Shown: positions 49,903-58,800, counted from the stretch's first letter. The stretch is DNA of 64,000 nt from Gammaproteobacteria bacterium (GCA_021325575.1 JAJPGW010000004.1:42633-106632); one strand, 5' to 3'. The notes: a model not told the origin generated them from the sequence alone. Program-made: numbers and translations.

Positions 49903-51054
49903 ATGTTGCGGCTTCCCACCAACAGAAATGATTTCATTGACTTCATACGAGGACTATCAATTCTTTGTGTCATTTTGCTTCATACTAACATATGGCTTCC
50001 GTTCGCCGATAGTCATTTAGGACAGATGGTTCCCCATGCTATTTCAAATATTTCTTTTCACAGCGGGTATTATGGAGTCATTATATTTTTTGTTGTCTCT
50101 GGATTTCTAATTACTAATACATCGATAAAAAGATGGGGGAATTTATCGAGAATACGTGTAATCGAATTTTATCAAATAAGATTTGCGCGAATTATCCCTT
50201 CTTTAATAGGGCTATTAATTATCCTAACTATGCTTCATTTAATGAGTGTCGATGGATTTATTATTAAAACTACAACGCTAGAAAATACTTTATTTGCAGC
50301 ATTAACTTTTCATATTAATTGGCTTGAGGCAAAAACAGGATATTTACCGGCTGGCTGGGATGTGCTCTGGTCGCTCTCTGTTGAAGAAATGTTTTATTTG
50401 TTTTTTCCGATTATTTGTTTGCTAACGAGAGGAAAATTGCTCTTTAAAATAATATTGTCCATTTTTGTTATTTTTGGCCCCATTGCCAGGTGCTTATATG
50501 CTGATAATGACATTTGGGCGTATCACTCCTATTTATCATGCATGGATGGGATTGCAATAGGTTGCTTGGCCGCAATCTATGTTAATAATGTTGAAATCAA
50601 AAGATCGGCAAGTAAATTTTTTTTATTTTCAGGATTATTGTTATTTATCTTGATATTTATTTTTCGACATACTACCTATCAGCTTGGGATGACTAAAATT
50701 GGTGTCAATGTAACTATTTTAGAAATCGGTATCGCATTTATTTTAGTTTGTGTAAGCAATTTAAAAATATATTCGGGTGGTTGGTTAATAACTGTTTTTA
50801 GTTGGTTTGGTAAAAATAGTTATGAGATTTATTTAACACATGTTCTTGTCATTTTTTCCATATCATATTTATTTTTTACTTTCAAAGTTTCAGCAAATTT
50901 AATTCCAATATGTTACGGATGCATACTATTTTTGTCGGGATTGTTAGGGTTCATAATCGCAACCTATTTTTCAGAACCGATCAATCAATTTTTAAGAACG
51001 AAATTCGTAGAAATAAACCAGAAGTCATTGAAAAATACTGAGTACACATCATGA
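49903..51054 (+). CDS. acyltransferase family 3 (OafA/YrhL-like) membrane protein
   Basis: N-terminal R...IDFIRGLSILCVILLH, about 10 TM helices, and the WSLSVEE.FY motif. Confidence 0.8.
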   Translation: MLRLPTNRNDFIDFIRGLSILCVILLHTNIWLPFADSHLGQMVPHAISNISFHSGYYGVIIFFVVSGFLITNTSIKRWGNLSRIRVIEFYQIRFARIIPSLIGLLIILTMLHLMSVDGFIIKTTTLENTLFAALTFHINWLEAKTGYLPAGWDVLWSLSVEEMFYLFFPIICLLTRGKLLFKIILSIFVIFGPIARCLYADNDIWAYHSYLSCMDGIAIGCLAAIYVNNVEIKRSASKFFLFSGLLLFILIFIFRHTTYQLGMTKIGVNVTILEIGIAFILVCVSNLKIYSGGWLITVFSWFGKNSYEIYLTHVLVIFSISYLFFTFKVSANLIPICYGCILFLSGLLGFIIATYFSEPINQFLRTKFVEINQKSLKNTEYTS

Positions 51055-51105
51055 TTTTTGTAAATTAGTTGGTTTACGACCATTTAATGGATTGCGCTAA
51101 ACTTG

Positions 51106-52029
51106 CTAAGCATGAGACAGTAATGGAAACATTAATTTATTTTTATCAAATAATATGGTCTTATTTTTTTGAATAAAAAGTGCGTCAGCTTCTACTATCT
51201 CTCTTGGCTTATAAGAGCTGATATCTTTTGGAGTAAATCCCAGCACGACTTCATCAATTCTGGAATTAATTAATGAATTAATAATCGTATCTAATTCCAC
51301 TTCAACCTTGCAGAAAACATCAAGCAAATAAAGCTGGTTGTTATTAAATTTCGCGACTGCAATTGCATCTAATGCTTTAATATAATATACATTCTCTTTA
51401 AAAAACGAGATGCAATAAAACATCACAAGATCCGCATTTTCTCTCATGGAAAGTTTGCTAAAGACCGATGAATTTTTCGCATAATCATACAGCATAGCTC
51501 GGTTGGATTGCATATCCATATTTAATTTTTCAAAATTTTCATGTTGCTCAATATTTTTATTAATTGCTCGGAAGTATTCGTATTCTTTAACTCTAGTAAA
51601 CCCAAATTTTGGATACATCTCCAACGCTGTTGGATTTGCATAGAGATAAACAAAATCACTTTTATCATTCCATTCTTCTAAAACTTTTTCCATCAAGAAT
51701 CGGCTTAATTTTTTATTACGATAATTTTCATCTGTTAAAACTGTTCCAATTTGAATATAGCGTTGCGGCTTACCAAGTGTGTTAAAATCCATGATATTCA
51801 CGGATACATTGCCTACAGCTTTATTTCCATCAAATAGTGTATAAGGAATATATTTTTCGTTCCAATATCCTGCTTGATACCATTCTTCGAAAGAAATGCC
51901 AAAAACTTTTTTTGCAAGTATATCAAATGCAGCTCTATACTTGACTTCTCTCTGGTATCCTATTAAAAAGATATACTCTTTATCTGCTAAATTTATTTTC
52001 AATATTAGTTTCCTTCTTAGCAAATTCAT
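51106..52029 (-). CDS. GNAT family N-acetyltransferase
   Basis: The acetyl-CoA motif region IQIGTV.TDENYRNKKLSRFLMEKVLE...LYANPTALEMYPKFGF. The start may be the TTG at 52002 (AGGAA Shine-Dalgarno 7 nt upstream). Confidence 0.7.
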   Translation of the reverse strand: MNLLRRKLILKINLADKEYIFLIGYQREVKYRAAFDILAKKVFGISFEEWYQAGYWNEKYIPYTLFDGNKAVGNVSVNIMDFNTLGKPQRYIQIGTVLTDENYRNKKLSRFLMEKVLEEWNDKSDFVYLYANPTALEMYPKFGFTRVKEYEYFRAINKNIEQHENFEKLNMDMQSNRAMLYDYAKNSSVFSKLSMRENADLVMFYCISFFKENVYYIKALDAIAVAKFNNNQLYLLDVFCKVEVELDTIINSLINSRIDEVVLGFTPKDISSYKPREIVEADALFIQKNKTILFDKNKLMFPLLSHA

Positions 52030-52874
52030 CTAACAAGATGCGCGTTGCGGCCGCAACGATATCATTGCGAGCTGAAGCTTCTTTTTTATTTTGCATCGTA
52101 TATATGGCCACGACAATAGGGGATTTTTGGGGTGGCCAAATAACAGCAATGTCATTGCATATTCCATATGATTCACCTGTACCGGTTTTATCAGCAACCA
52201 CCCATCCTCTAGGGACACCCGCGCGAATACGAGCATTCCCTGTGGTATTTTGCTTCATCCACAATGTTAATTGTTCGTCCTGAGTAGGTGCCAAAATATG
52301 TCCCAATGTTAATTGTCTTAAGCTCTTTAGCATTGCATCAGGTGTTGAGGTATCGCGTCGATTCAAAGCTCCTTCCAAATGTACCAACTGAAAATCGTTA
52401 TCGCCAATAGATCGTGCAAAAGCAATCACTGCGGCAGGTCCGCCTAATTGTTTTATAAGTAAATTGGCTGCAGTATTATCGCTATACATCATGGCTGCTC
52501 CACACAGTTCAGAAACAGTCATCCCATTTGCAATATGTTTTTTCGTGATAGGTGACCAGGTTACTAAATCTTTCTTGTTGTAAGTAATTTTTTGTTGCAA
52601 CAAGTGAGGATCGGACATGCTCCTTTTTAACACAGCCCCAACTACCATTAGTTTAAAAGTACTTTGAATAGGGAAATTCTGCTTCGCATGATATTGGATA
52701 CGCATATCATTTGCAGTGTTAATAGCTGATATGCCTATGTGTCCATCAAATGAAGATTCTAGTGTTGCTAATTTTTTTTGTGCTAGCAGTCTGTAGGGCT
52801 GAATTAGTCTGTGCATAAGTGAAAGAGGAAATAATAATTGAAATTGCAAACATAAACCGCATTAGTTGTTTCAT
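51980..52874 (-). pseudogene. class A beta-lactamase gene split by a frameshift in an A8 run
   Basis: All four class A motifs are present: STFK, SDN, E..LN region and KTG. The signal peptide MKQLMRFMFAISIIISSFTYA (ATG at 52874) is in a different frame. Removing one A from the run at 52772-52779 joins ..TASTKK to LATLESSFDGHIGISAI. Confidence 0.75.
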
Positions 52875-52945
52875 AAAATTGATCTCTTTTATCAGGGATT
52901 TTAGTCATAAAAAAAGGATTAGTATAATAGAAATATTTTATCGCT

Positions 52946-52967
52946 TATACCGTATTAATACTCTATA
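52946..52967. promoter_or_regulatory. dyad operator, site 2 (conserved left half, degenerate right half)
   Basis: TATACCGT-ATTAAT-ACTCTATA, about 73 nt upstream of the beta-lactamase ATG. Confidence 0.4.
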
Positions 52968-53023
52968 TATGATTGGGTATTGGAGATCAGGTGCCAGGCC
53001 TAATTAATATAGATTGTGGATGA

Positions 53024-53809
53024 TCAGTTGAATGGTTTATTTTTTATTTCGGTTTGAAAAATTTCAACAAGTTTTACAATTAGATCGGTTTTATTTGCAC
53101 AATTCAATTTAATTTTAAGATTATTAATATAGGTTTCGACTGTGCGAGGTGACAAAGAGAGCGTCTCCGCCATTTCTCTAGAATTCTTTCCTTGTAGCAA
53201 TAGCTTAGCACATACAAATTGCTGAGGTGATAATTTCACCTTAGATCGAATATTAATATCTAATATGGATTGATCTAGAATGTTAGCATCAGGAAGAGCT
53301 TTATTATGATATGGGAGATAAATTTTATTTGCTTCACTTTGTTTAATTAGATTGCTTGCTTTTTCCTTAAACTGATCCCTAAATTTTTTGAAAAAATCCA
53401 TGTTAGTCAAAAACGTGTTAACAGCATTATTAGCTCGATTAATGGCAAAGGCAGTAAATTCACAATAATCCTTATACGACTCAATAATAAAAATTCCATT
53501 GCCGGTACCGTGTTGCTTTAAAAATTCAAAAACCTGTTGATTTGGCAGTGTTGACCATAAAACGATTTGTGATTTGTAACTTGCAGGTTGTGCTTCGGAA
53601 TTACCGAAGCGATATAATTTATTTGTGTAATAATTTCTAAGATTCTCTGGTGTGTTGCAGAGCCAAATTCTACCGCCATCATGATAATGTCGTCCCCAAC
53701 TAAAATAATTGATGCCATTTGATAAGAGGGGATTGGCAATATTCCGAATTTCTTGTGCTGCTGTTAAAAACAAATGATCGTTTCGAATTATCATAATCTG
53801 CCTAGTCAT
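53024..53809 (-). CDS. LuxR/GerE-family transcriptional regulator (downstream copy)
   Basis: C-terminal HTH LSPQQFVCAKLLLQGKNSREMAETLSLSPRTVETYINNLKIKL. The ~180-aa N-terminal domain is unassigned. ATGA overlap with the upstream copy. An alternative ATG lies at 53794. Confidence 0.8.
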   Translation of the reverse strand: MTRQIMIIRNDHLFLTAAQEIRNIANPLLSNGINYFSWGRHYHDGGRIWLCNTPENLRNYYTNKLYRFGNSEAQPASYKSQIVLWSTLPNQQVFEFLKQHGTGNGIFIIESYKDYCEFTAFAINRANNAVNTFLTNMDFFKKFRDQFKEKASNLIKQSEANKIYLPYHNKALPDANILDQSILDINIRSKVKLSPQQFVCAKLLLQGKNSREMAETLSLSPRTVETYINNLKIKLNCANKTDLIVKLVEIFQTEIKNKPFN

Positions 53810-54552
53810 AGACCAAGAATTTTAATCAGTTTTACTATTAAATCGGCTCTGTTAGCACAATTTAATTTTATTTTTAAATTATTGATATATGATTCAATTG
53901 TGCGAGTCGACAAAGATAGCGATTCTGCAATTTCATTTGCTGTTTTACCGGCTAATATTAATTTAGCGCAGGAATGCTGACGTGGTGAAAGTTTTAAATT
54001 AGATTTAATATCGAAAGCTGGTATTTGATCGTATTCGTTGATTTTTGGAAGTGGTTTTTGATGATAAGGTATATAGATTTTATTTAACTCTCCTTTTTTA
54101 ATAATGTTTTTTGCGTGATCCTTAAAGTAATTTTTAAATTTATTTAAAAATTCCATATGGGTAAGGAATAAATTGACTGAATCGACAGTCTCTTTTTTTA
54201 CTGCAAAGCTAGTAAATTCACAATAATCTTTGTGCTGATCAATGAGGAAAATTCCATTATTTATTCCTCGTTGTTTTATGAACTCAAAAACTTTCTGGTT
54301 TGGCAGTGTTGACCATAGTACAACTTGTGATTGGTAGCTCGATGGATATGCTTCCGTGTTTCCAGAAACATATAATTTATTTGAGTAATAATTTTCTAAA
54401 TCTTCTGCCATACTACAAAGATTAATACGACTGCCATCGTTGTAATGACGATCCCAGCTAAAATAATTGATACCTAATGCTGAAAGGGGAGACATACATC
54501 CTTGAATATCTGAAGCTGATGTTAAGAAAAAATGATCGTTACTGATTGTCAT
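53806..54552 (-). CDS. LuxR/GerE-family transcriptional regulator (upstream copy)
   Basis: C-terminal HTH LSPRQHSCAKLILAGKTANEIAESLSLSTRTIESYINNLKIKL. Roughly 60 percent identical by eye to the downstream copy. Confidence 0.8.
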   Translation of the reverse strand: MTISNDHFFLTSASDIQGCMSPLSALGINYFSWDRHYNDGSRINLCSMAEDLENYYSNKLYVSGNTEAYPSSYQSQVVLWSTLPNQKVFEFIKQRGINNGIFLIDQHKDYCEFTSFAVKKETVDSVNLFLTHMEFLNKFKNYFKDHAKNIIKKGELNKIYIPYHQKPLPKINEYDQIPAFDIKSNLKLSPRQHSCAKLILAGKTANEIAESLSLSTRTIESYINNLKIKLNCANRADLIVKLIKILGL

Positions 54553-54712
54553 AATCTACTCAAAACCACAGGCCATTCGAAAATAAAATAATCAAACTGA
54601 ATTAAATAAATGCATATTTTAACATTTATGATTTCTATATAAAAGATTATTTAGAATTAAATATCAACCATTTTTTAATACAACCTATTGATTAATGGCG
54701 TATTTAATTTTG

Positions 54713-54734
54713 AATACCGTATTTTTACCCTAAT
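54713..54734. promoter_or_regulatory. dyad operator, site 3 (conserved left half, degenerate right half)
   Basis: AATACCGT-ATTTTT-ACCCTAAT, between the luxR pair and the cytochrome c gene. Confidence 0.4.
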
Positions 54735-54784
54735 ATTGTTTAGTTAAATAGTTTAAAATTCATGCCGCATTCACTATTATTGAA

Positions 54785-55189
54785 ATGTGGCTAATGTCTA
54801 AAAATTCTATTATGAAATGTGTATTCTTAACTCTAATCCTTTATTCTTTGGCAGTAGATGCAATCGCAAGCGGTGGTAAGGACCTCTATATTTCCCGTTG
54901 CGCTATGTGTCATGGCTTAGATGCCAAAGCAAGTGGATATTTAGCAAAGAAAAGTCATCCCCCAACCCCTGACTTGACTAGCCGCGTTTTTCAAGAGCGA
55001 TTAGCAAAATATCCAGGTGTGATAATTTCAGCGATTGTTTTGCAACCCAATGGCTCTTTGATTCCAGATACACTGAAAAGAAATCATGTTGTTGTCCCTC
55101 ATCATATTTGGACGGATAATGAATTACGATCCATAAATCAGTACATTTTGTCGTTGATTAAATCAAAACGGTGTGAGACCAAACCATAA
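54785..55189 (+). CDS. small c-type cytochrome (single CxxCH)
   Basis: Signal peptide followed by the GKDLYISRCAMCHG haem-binding motif. Confidence 0.65.
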   Translation: MWLMSKNSIMKCVFLTLILYSLAVDAIASGGKDLYISRCAMCHGLDAKASGYLAKKSHPPTPDLTSRVFQERLAKYPGVIISAIVLQPNGSLIPDTLKRNHVVVPHHIWTDNELRSINQYILSLIKSKRCETKP

Positions 55190-55247
55190 TCTGAAGAAGA
55201 AACATTGTTGGCAAGCATATGAAACCTAAAGAAAATATTCCACAAAA

Positions 55248-55829
55248 ATGAACGTACCAATATTAAAATTAAATGATTGGCTAGAAAAAGAAAGGAAATT
55301 GGGATCATCTAATCCAGATAGAGCCGTATTAGCTACAGCTGGAAAAGATAATATTCCACATAGTCGTGTTGTTGCAATCCGAGAAATTAATGAAAAAGGT
55401 ATACTGTTTTTTACGCAGCGTGGAACAAGAAAAGTTATGGAATTACAGCAAAATCCGTATGCTTCGATGACATTATGGTTACCATTGCAGCAGAGAGAAA
55501 TTATTGTTGAAGGTGGTGTCATTGAATTATCGCGAGAAGTAAACGAAAAGTATTGGAAAACATTACCCCGCGATAGGCAATTGCGTTTTGCTGCATATGC
55601 TCCGACTTCTACTCAGCCCATTCAGTCTATTGAAACCATCAACGATGAATATCATAATTTGTTAAAGCAATTTGACAGACGAGATGTTCCAATTAGCGAA
55701 TATTATTGTGGATTTCGGTTGTTTCCTGAATATTTTTACTTTTATTCTTTGGGCTCTGATGATTTTTCTGAATTAATTAAATATCGTTTTAATAATGATC
55801 AATGGACTGAGCAATTACTTTCTCCATAA
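55248..55829 (+). CDS. pdxH: pyridoxamine 5'-phosphate oxidase family protein
   Basis: A.LAT......PHSRVV.IR......G..FFT...S.K..EL..NP.AS...W..L.RQ....G and the C-terminal W....L.P. Confidence 0.65.
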   Translation: MNVPILKLNDWLEKERKLGSSNPDRAVLATAGKDNIPHSRVVAIREINEKGILFFTQRGTRKVMELQQNPYASMTLWLPLQQREIIVEGGVIELSREVNEKYWKTLPRDRQLRFAAYAPTSTQPIQSIETINDEYHNLLKQFDRRDVPISEYYCGFRLFPEYFYFYSLGSDDFSELIKYRFNNDQWTEQLLSP

Positions 55830-55996
55830 AAAATAGTTAGCATGATAGAAACACAAGTTTCTAATATTACGTGGAGCGGAATAATCGTTGATATAATCGA
55901 GCAGGGTAAATTCAAAGAAACTTGAGTTTGGTTTAAAAGAATTGAACATGATCAAATTTAAGATGATAGAAAATAACCCACTATGTAAAATATTAA

Positions 55997-56338
55997 TTAA
56001 TCAATAATCTGATGCTGCTCAACACAAAATGCAGGCCTACAGGAAATGCAAAGTGTCATATTTCCTTTCCAAACAAATTTTTCTCCAGCTTCAATTAAAA
56101 TGAGATCCCCTTCGTTTAAAAAATTTTTTTCTCCATTGACAATAACTTCGCCACTGCCGCTTTGCACATATACAATTTCAGTGCATTTTTGATTTACAGC
56201 ACATTTTTCAGCAGGGTATTGGCCATTGATTCTTACCACCGCAAAATCAATCCCTTTATTCTCCATAGGATATTCAGTTACAATGCAAAGATCGCTATTT
56301 TTTCTTTCTATTGATTGATTTTTTAGCATGATTTTCAT
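55997..56338 (-). CDS. cupin domain protein
   Basis: 113 aa. E..YV..G.G.....GE......GD...I..GE.F.W.G pattern. Confidence 0.65.
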   Translation of the reverse strand: MKIMLKNQSIERKNSDLCIVTEYPMENKGIDFAVVRINGQYPAEKCAVNQKCTEIVYVQSGSGEVIVNGEKNFLNEGDLILIEAGEKFVWKGNMTLCISCRPAFCVEQHQIID

Positions 56339-56373
56339 GAGCAGGTTATCCTAATTATAATTTCTTATTCATT

Positions 56374-57297
56374 TCATTTTTTAGTTCCCAAAGTGCAGAA
56401 ATGATAATCCTTTTGTGATTCATAGGGGTTATCCCCAACACCATATTGAGTTGTCAGATCGGAACAAACATGATTTTCTAATAGAATCATACCTGCCTCA
56501 TCAGCTAATGCTTTAATATTATCGTATCCATTGATCATTGGCGCTCTAGCACTCTTAAATTTATCCATCATATTTGTAACTTCGTTGACTCTCTTAATTT
56601 TATCAATCGTTGCTTTGCCCATATAATCAAATGATATATAGACAGTGCCCTTGAAAGCATCTTTTATTTGACATAATACAGTTTTTACCTGATCAGGAGA
56701 TAAATACATTGTATTACCTTCCCATATAAAATGAGTCGGTATACTGAGATCAATACCTGCATCGATGAGATGTTTAACAAAATTTTCATTGAGATAATCG
56801 ATACCAATATATTTCGCATTAGTATCAATTTTATGTTCATCATAAATTCTTTTTTTATTCGCTAATACTTCTGGTTTATCTATTTCAAAATATTTTACAG
56901 GGTATTTTTTCTTTCTGACTGGTCGCGTATCATAGCCGCTTCCTAAAATCACAACTTGTTCGATACGCTTACTACAGTTTTTCACATGAGCCGAAAGTGC
57001 TTTATTAAAAAATTTGTGGCGTACAGCTAATGCCAACCATAATTTTGGATCCATTGTTTTTTCTGTTTGCGCAGCAATTTGTTCAGTAACAAAAAGTTTC
57101 ATGTAATCATCTTTAAATAAGTCTTTTTTTCTGGGCGCTTTGCCATGCCGACTTGGTTCCCAAAAGCCAACTCTTCTTGCTTGGTCTTTTACGTAATTAG
57201 TGAATAATCCAGTTTGGGTGACGCCGGAATTTTCTTTATTGTCGGGTGCTTTTACATCTGGTTGTGTAACAGATTTTTCTTTGCCTGGAGTGAACAT
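56374..57297 (-). CDS. SAM-dependent methyltransferase, leucine carboxyl methyltransferase (LCMT)/TIGR00027-like
   Basis: VVILGSGYDTRP......KYFEID.PEV...K and THFIWEGNTMYL are the family signatures as I recall them. Confidence 0.65.
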   Translation of the reverse strand: MFTPGKEKSVTQPDVKAPDNKENSGVTQTGLFTNYVKDQARRVGFWEPSRHGKAPRKKDLFKDDYMKLFVTEQIAAQTEKTMDPKLWLALAVRHKFFNKALSAHVKNCSKRIEQVVILGSGYDTRPVRKKKYPVKYFEIDKPEVLANKKRIYDEHKIDTNAKYIGIDYLNENFVKHLIDAGIDLSIPTHFIWEGNTMYLSPDQVKTVLCQIKDAFKGTVYISFDYMGKATIDKIKRVNEVTNMMDKFKSARAPMINGYDNIKALADEAGMILLENHVCSDLTTQYGVGDNPYESQKDYHFCTLGTKK

Positions 57298-57352
57298 ATG
57301 CTGGCCTTAACAAATCAAAAAACGATTAATACTAACACATTTATGAGGAAAA

Positions 57353-57374
57353 AATACCGTAGATTCACGGTAGT
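57353..57374. promoter_or_regulatory. dyad operator, site 4
   Basis: AATACCGT-AGATTC-ACGGTAGT, in the divergent region between the LCMT-like gene and a GNAT gene. Confidence 0.55.
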
Positions 57375-57414
57375 TAATAAAATTAATCAAGAATAAAATG
57401 CACAACAAAAAATT

Positions 57415-57933
57415 GTGAAAGCAGGGAATAATATGTTTTTTGTCACGCCATCAGCCAAATTTTCACCCACCTTGAAAGTGCATAAATTATCTGGACATGC
57501 TGAGGAAAAATTATGGCTCACCCAAGCAGCTGCCTGGGCGGAAGAAAAGTGGGGCTATATTCGTAACTACCCTGGAATTACTGAGCGAATAAAAATAATT
57601 ACAAAATTAAAGGAAAATTTTTATATCGTGACATATGACAAACAACCTGTAGGAATGTTTGCTTTGCTCGATTATAAAGCTCTTGAATCCAAACAAGCTA
57701 TCAAAGAACTCATGTATCTTTATGTGGATAAAAGTTTTAGAAATATGGGCATCGGAAGCCAAATGATTAAAATCGCAAAAGGAATTGCCAAACAACAGGG
57801 CTGTGAATCAATCGTTTTTGATACCTTAACACCGAGTTTAAATGGATTCTACAAAAAACAGGGCGCAAAAGTAATTTGTGAAGGCCAATTACTGGGTCAT
57901 CCAACTACGGTTTTGAGAATGAAGACATCATAA
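57415..57933 (+). CDS. GNAT family N-acetyltransferase
   Basis: LYVDKSFRNMGIGSQMIKIAKGIAKQQGCESIVFDT. GTG at 57415 or ATG at 57433. Confidence 0.75.
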   Translation: MKAGNNMFFVTPSAKFSPTLKVHKLSGHAEEKLWLTQAAAWAEEKWGYIRNYPGITERIKIITKLKENFYIVTYDKQPVGMFALLDYKALESKQAIKELMYLYVDKSFRNMGIGSQMIKIAKGIAKQQGCESIVFDTLTPSLNGFYKKQGAKVICEGQLLGHPTTVLRMKTS

Positions 57934-57968
57934 CCCTTTAGTGCGGTATTGCGCTGGTTTCCGAAAAA

Positions 57969-58388
57969 TTATGCTTTTATTTGAGGCAATACATTAATTG
58001 AAATTTTATTTTGTTTGTCCCCAAGTACCATTCTGCCTTCCTGATTAATTTTTGTTATGATTACAGGTTTAGCAATAATTTCAGGTTTATTTTCAAGATC
58101 AATTACTATGAAATTCAGACGAATTGATTTTGAATCATATTTATCTGCCTGCGCTAACAATAATAAAGGTGGTTTATTTGATGCTGATTTATCACCAGGC
58201 ACAATCATCCATGATCGGTTGGAAGAGAAGATCAAGTGATTACTAATTGCATAAGAGTCATTCGAATGTAATTTTTGATAACTAAAATTAATCTTGATTA
58301 ATAAATCATGAAAATTAGGGCTATCGGTTTGAGCCTTTGCTAAGGTAAAGAATAGCAATGTTGTAACAAATAATAATAATTTATACAT
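57969..58388 (-). CDS. small secreted protein
   Basis: AAGGA Shine-Dalgarno then ATG at 58388. Signal peptide MYKLLLFVTTLLFFTLAKA. Confidence 0.5.
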   Translation of the reverse strand: MYKLLLFVTTLLFFTLAKAQTDSPNFHDLLIKINFSYQKLHSNDSYAISNHLIFSSNRSWMIVPGDKSASNKPPLLLLAQADKYDSKSIRLNFIVIDLENKPEIIAKPVIITKINQEGRMVLGDKQNKISINVLPQIKA

Positions 58389-58482
58389 AGGAATGTCCTT
58401 TCGGCTGTGTTTGTTTACTGACAATTATAACAGTAATACTAAGATACTACATTTTAATCGAGAATAAATTATTTTTTATTTA

Positions 58483-58504
58483 ATTACCGTATTATTACGG
58501 TAGA
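58483..58504. promoter_or_regulatory. dyad operator, site 5
   Basis: ATTACCGT-ATTATT-ACGGTAGA, about 95 nt from both divergent start codons. Confidence 0.55.
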
Positions 58505-58597
58505 TAAATTAATTTTAATAAATATAATTCGCGATGTTTTAGGTTCTCACCTAAATCTAAAAATAGAGAAATCAATTTAATTATTTAAGGAAAAACC

Positions 58598-58789
58598 ATG
58601 GCTATTAGAAAAGAAAATCCATTTGCAAGACTAAATGACAAGGGTAGTAATGATTCTATAAATTTAAGAACAGATAGGCTAAAACTATTTTCTGCTACTT
58701 CCAATAAGGAAGACTCAAGAAATGGATTTGTTCATGAAGTGGAAACAGGAGTTGAACAACAAGTTTCAGCTTCTAAGTTAAAACTTTAA
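58598..58789 (+). CDS. 63-aa hydrophilic small protein
   Basis: Strong AAGGA Shine-Dalgarno 7 nt before the ATG. No Cys and no TM helix. Followed by a 12-bp stem hairpin. Confidence 0.45.
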   Translation: MAIRKENPFARLNDKGSNDSINLRTDRLKLFSATSNKEDSRNGFVHEVETGVEQQVSASKLKL

Positions 58790-58800
58790 TTACATCTATT

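Noticed and set aside
57936-57956. GCGGTATT, which resembles the right half of the dyad.
   Set aside because: The left half is not recognisable, and the site lies between convergent gene ends rather than in a promoter.
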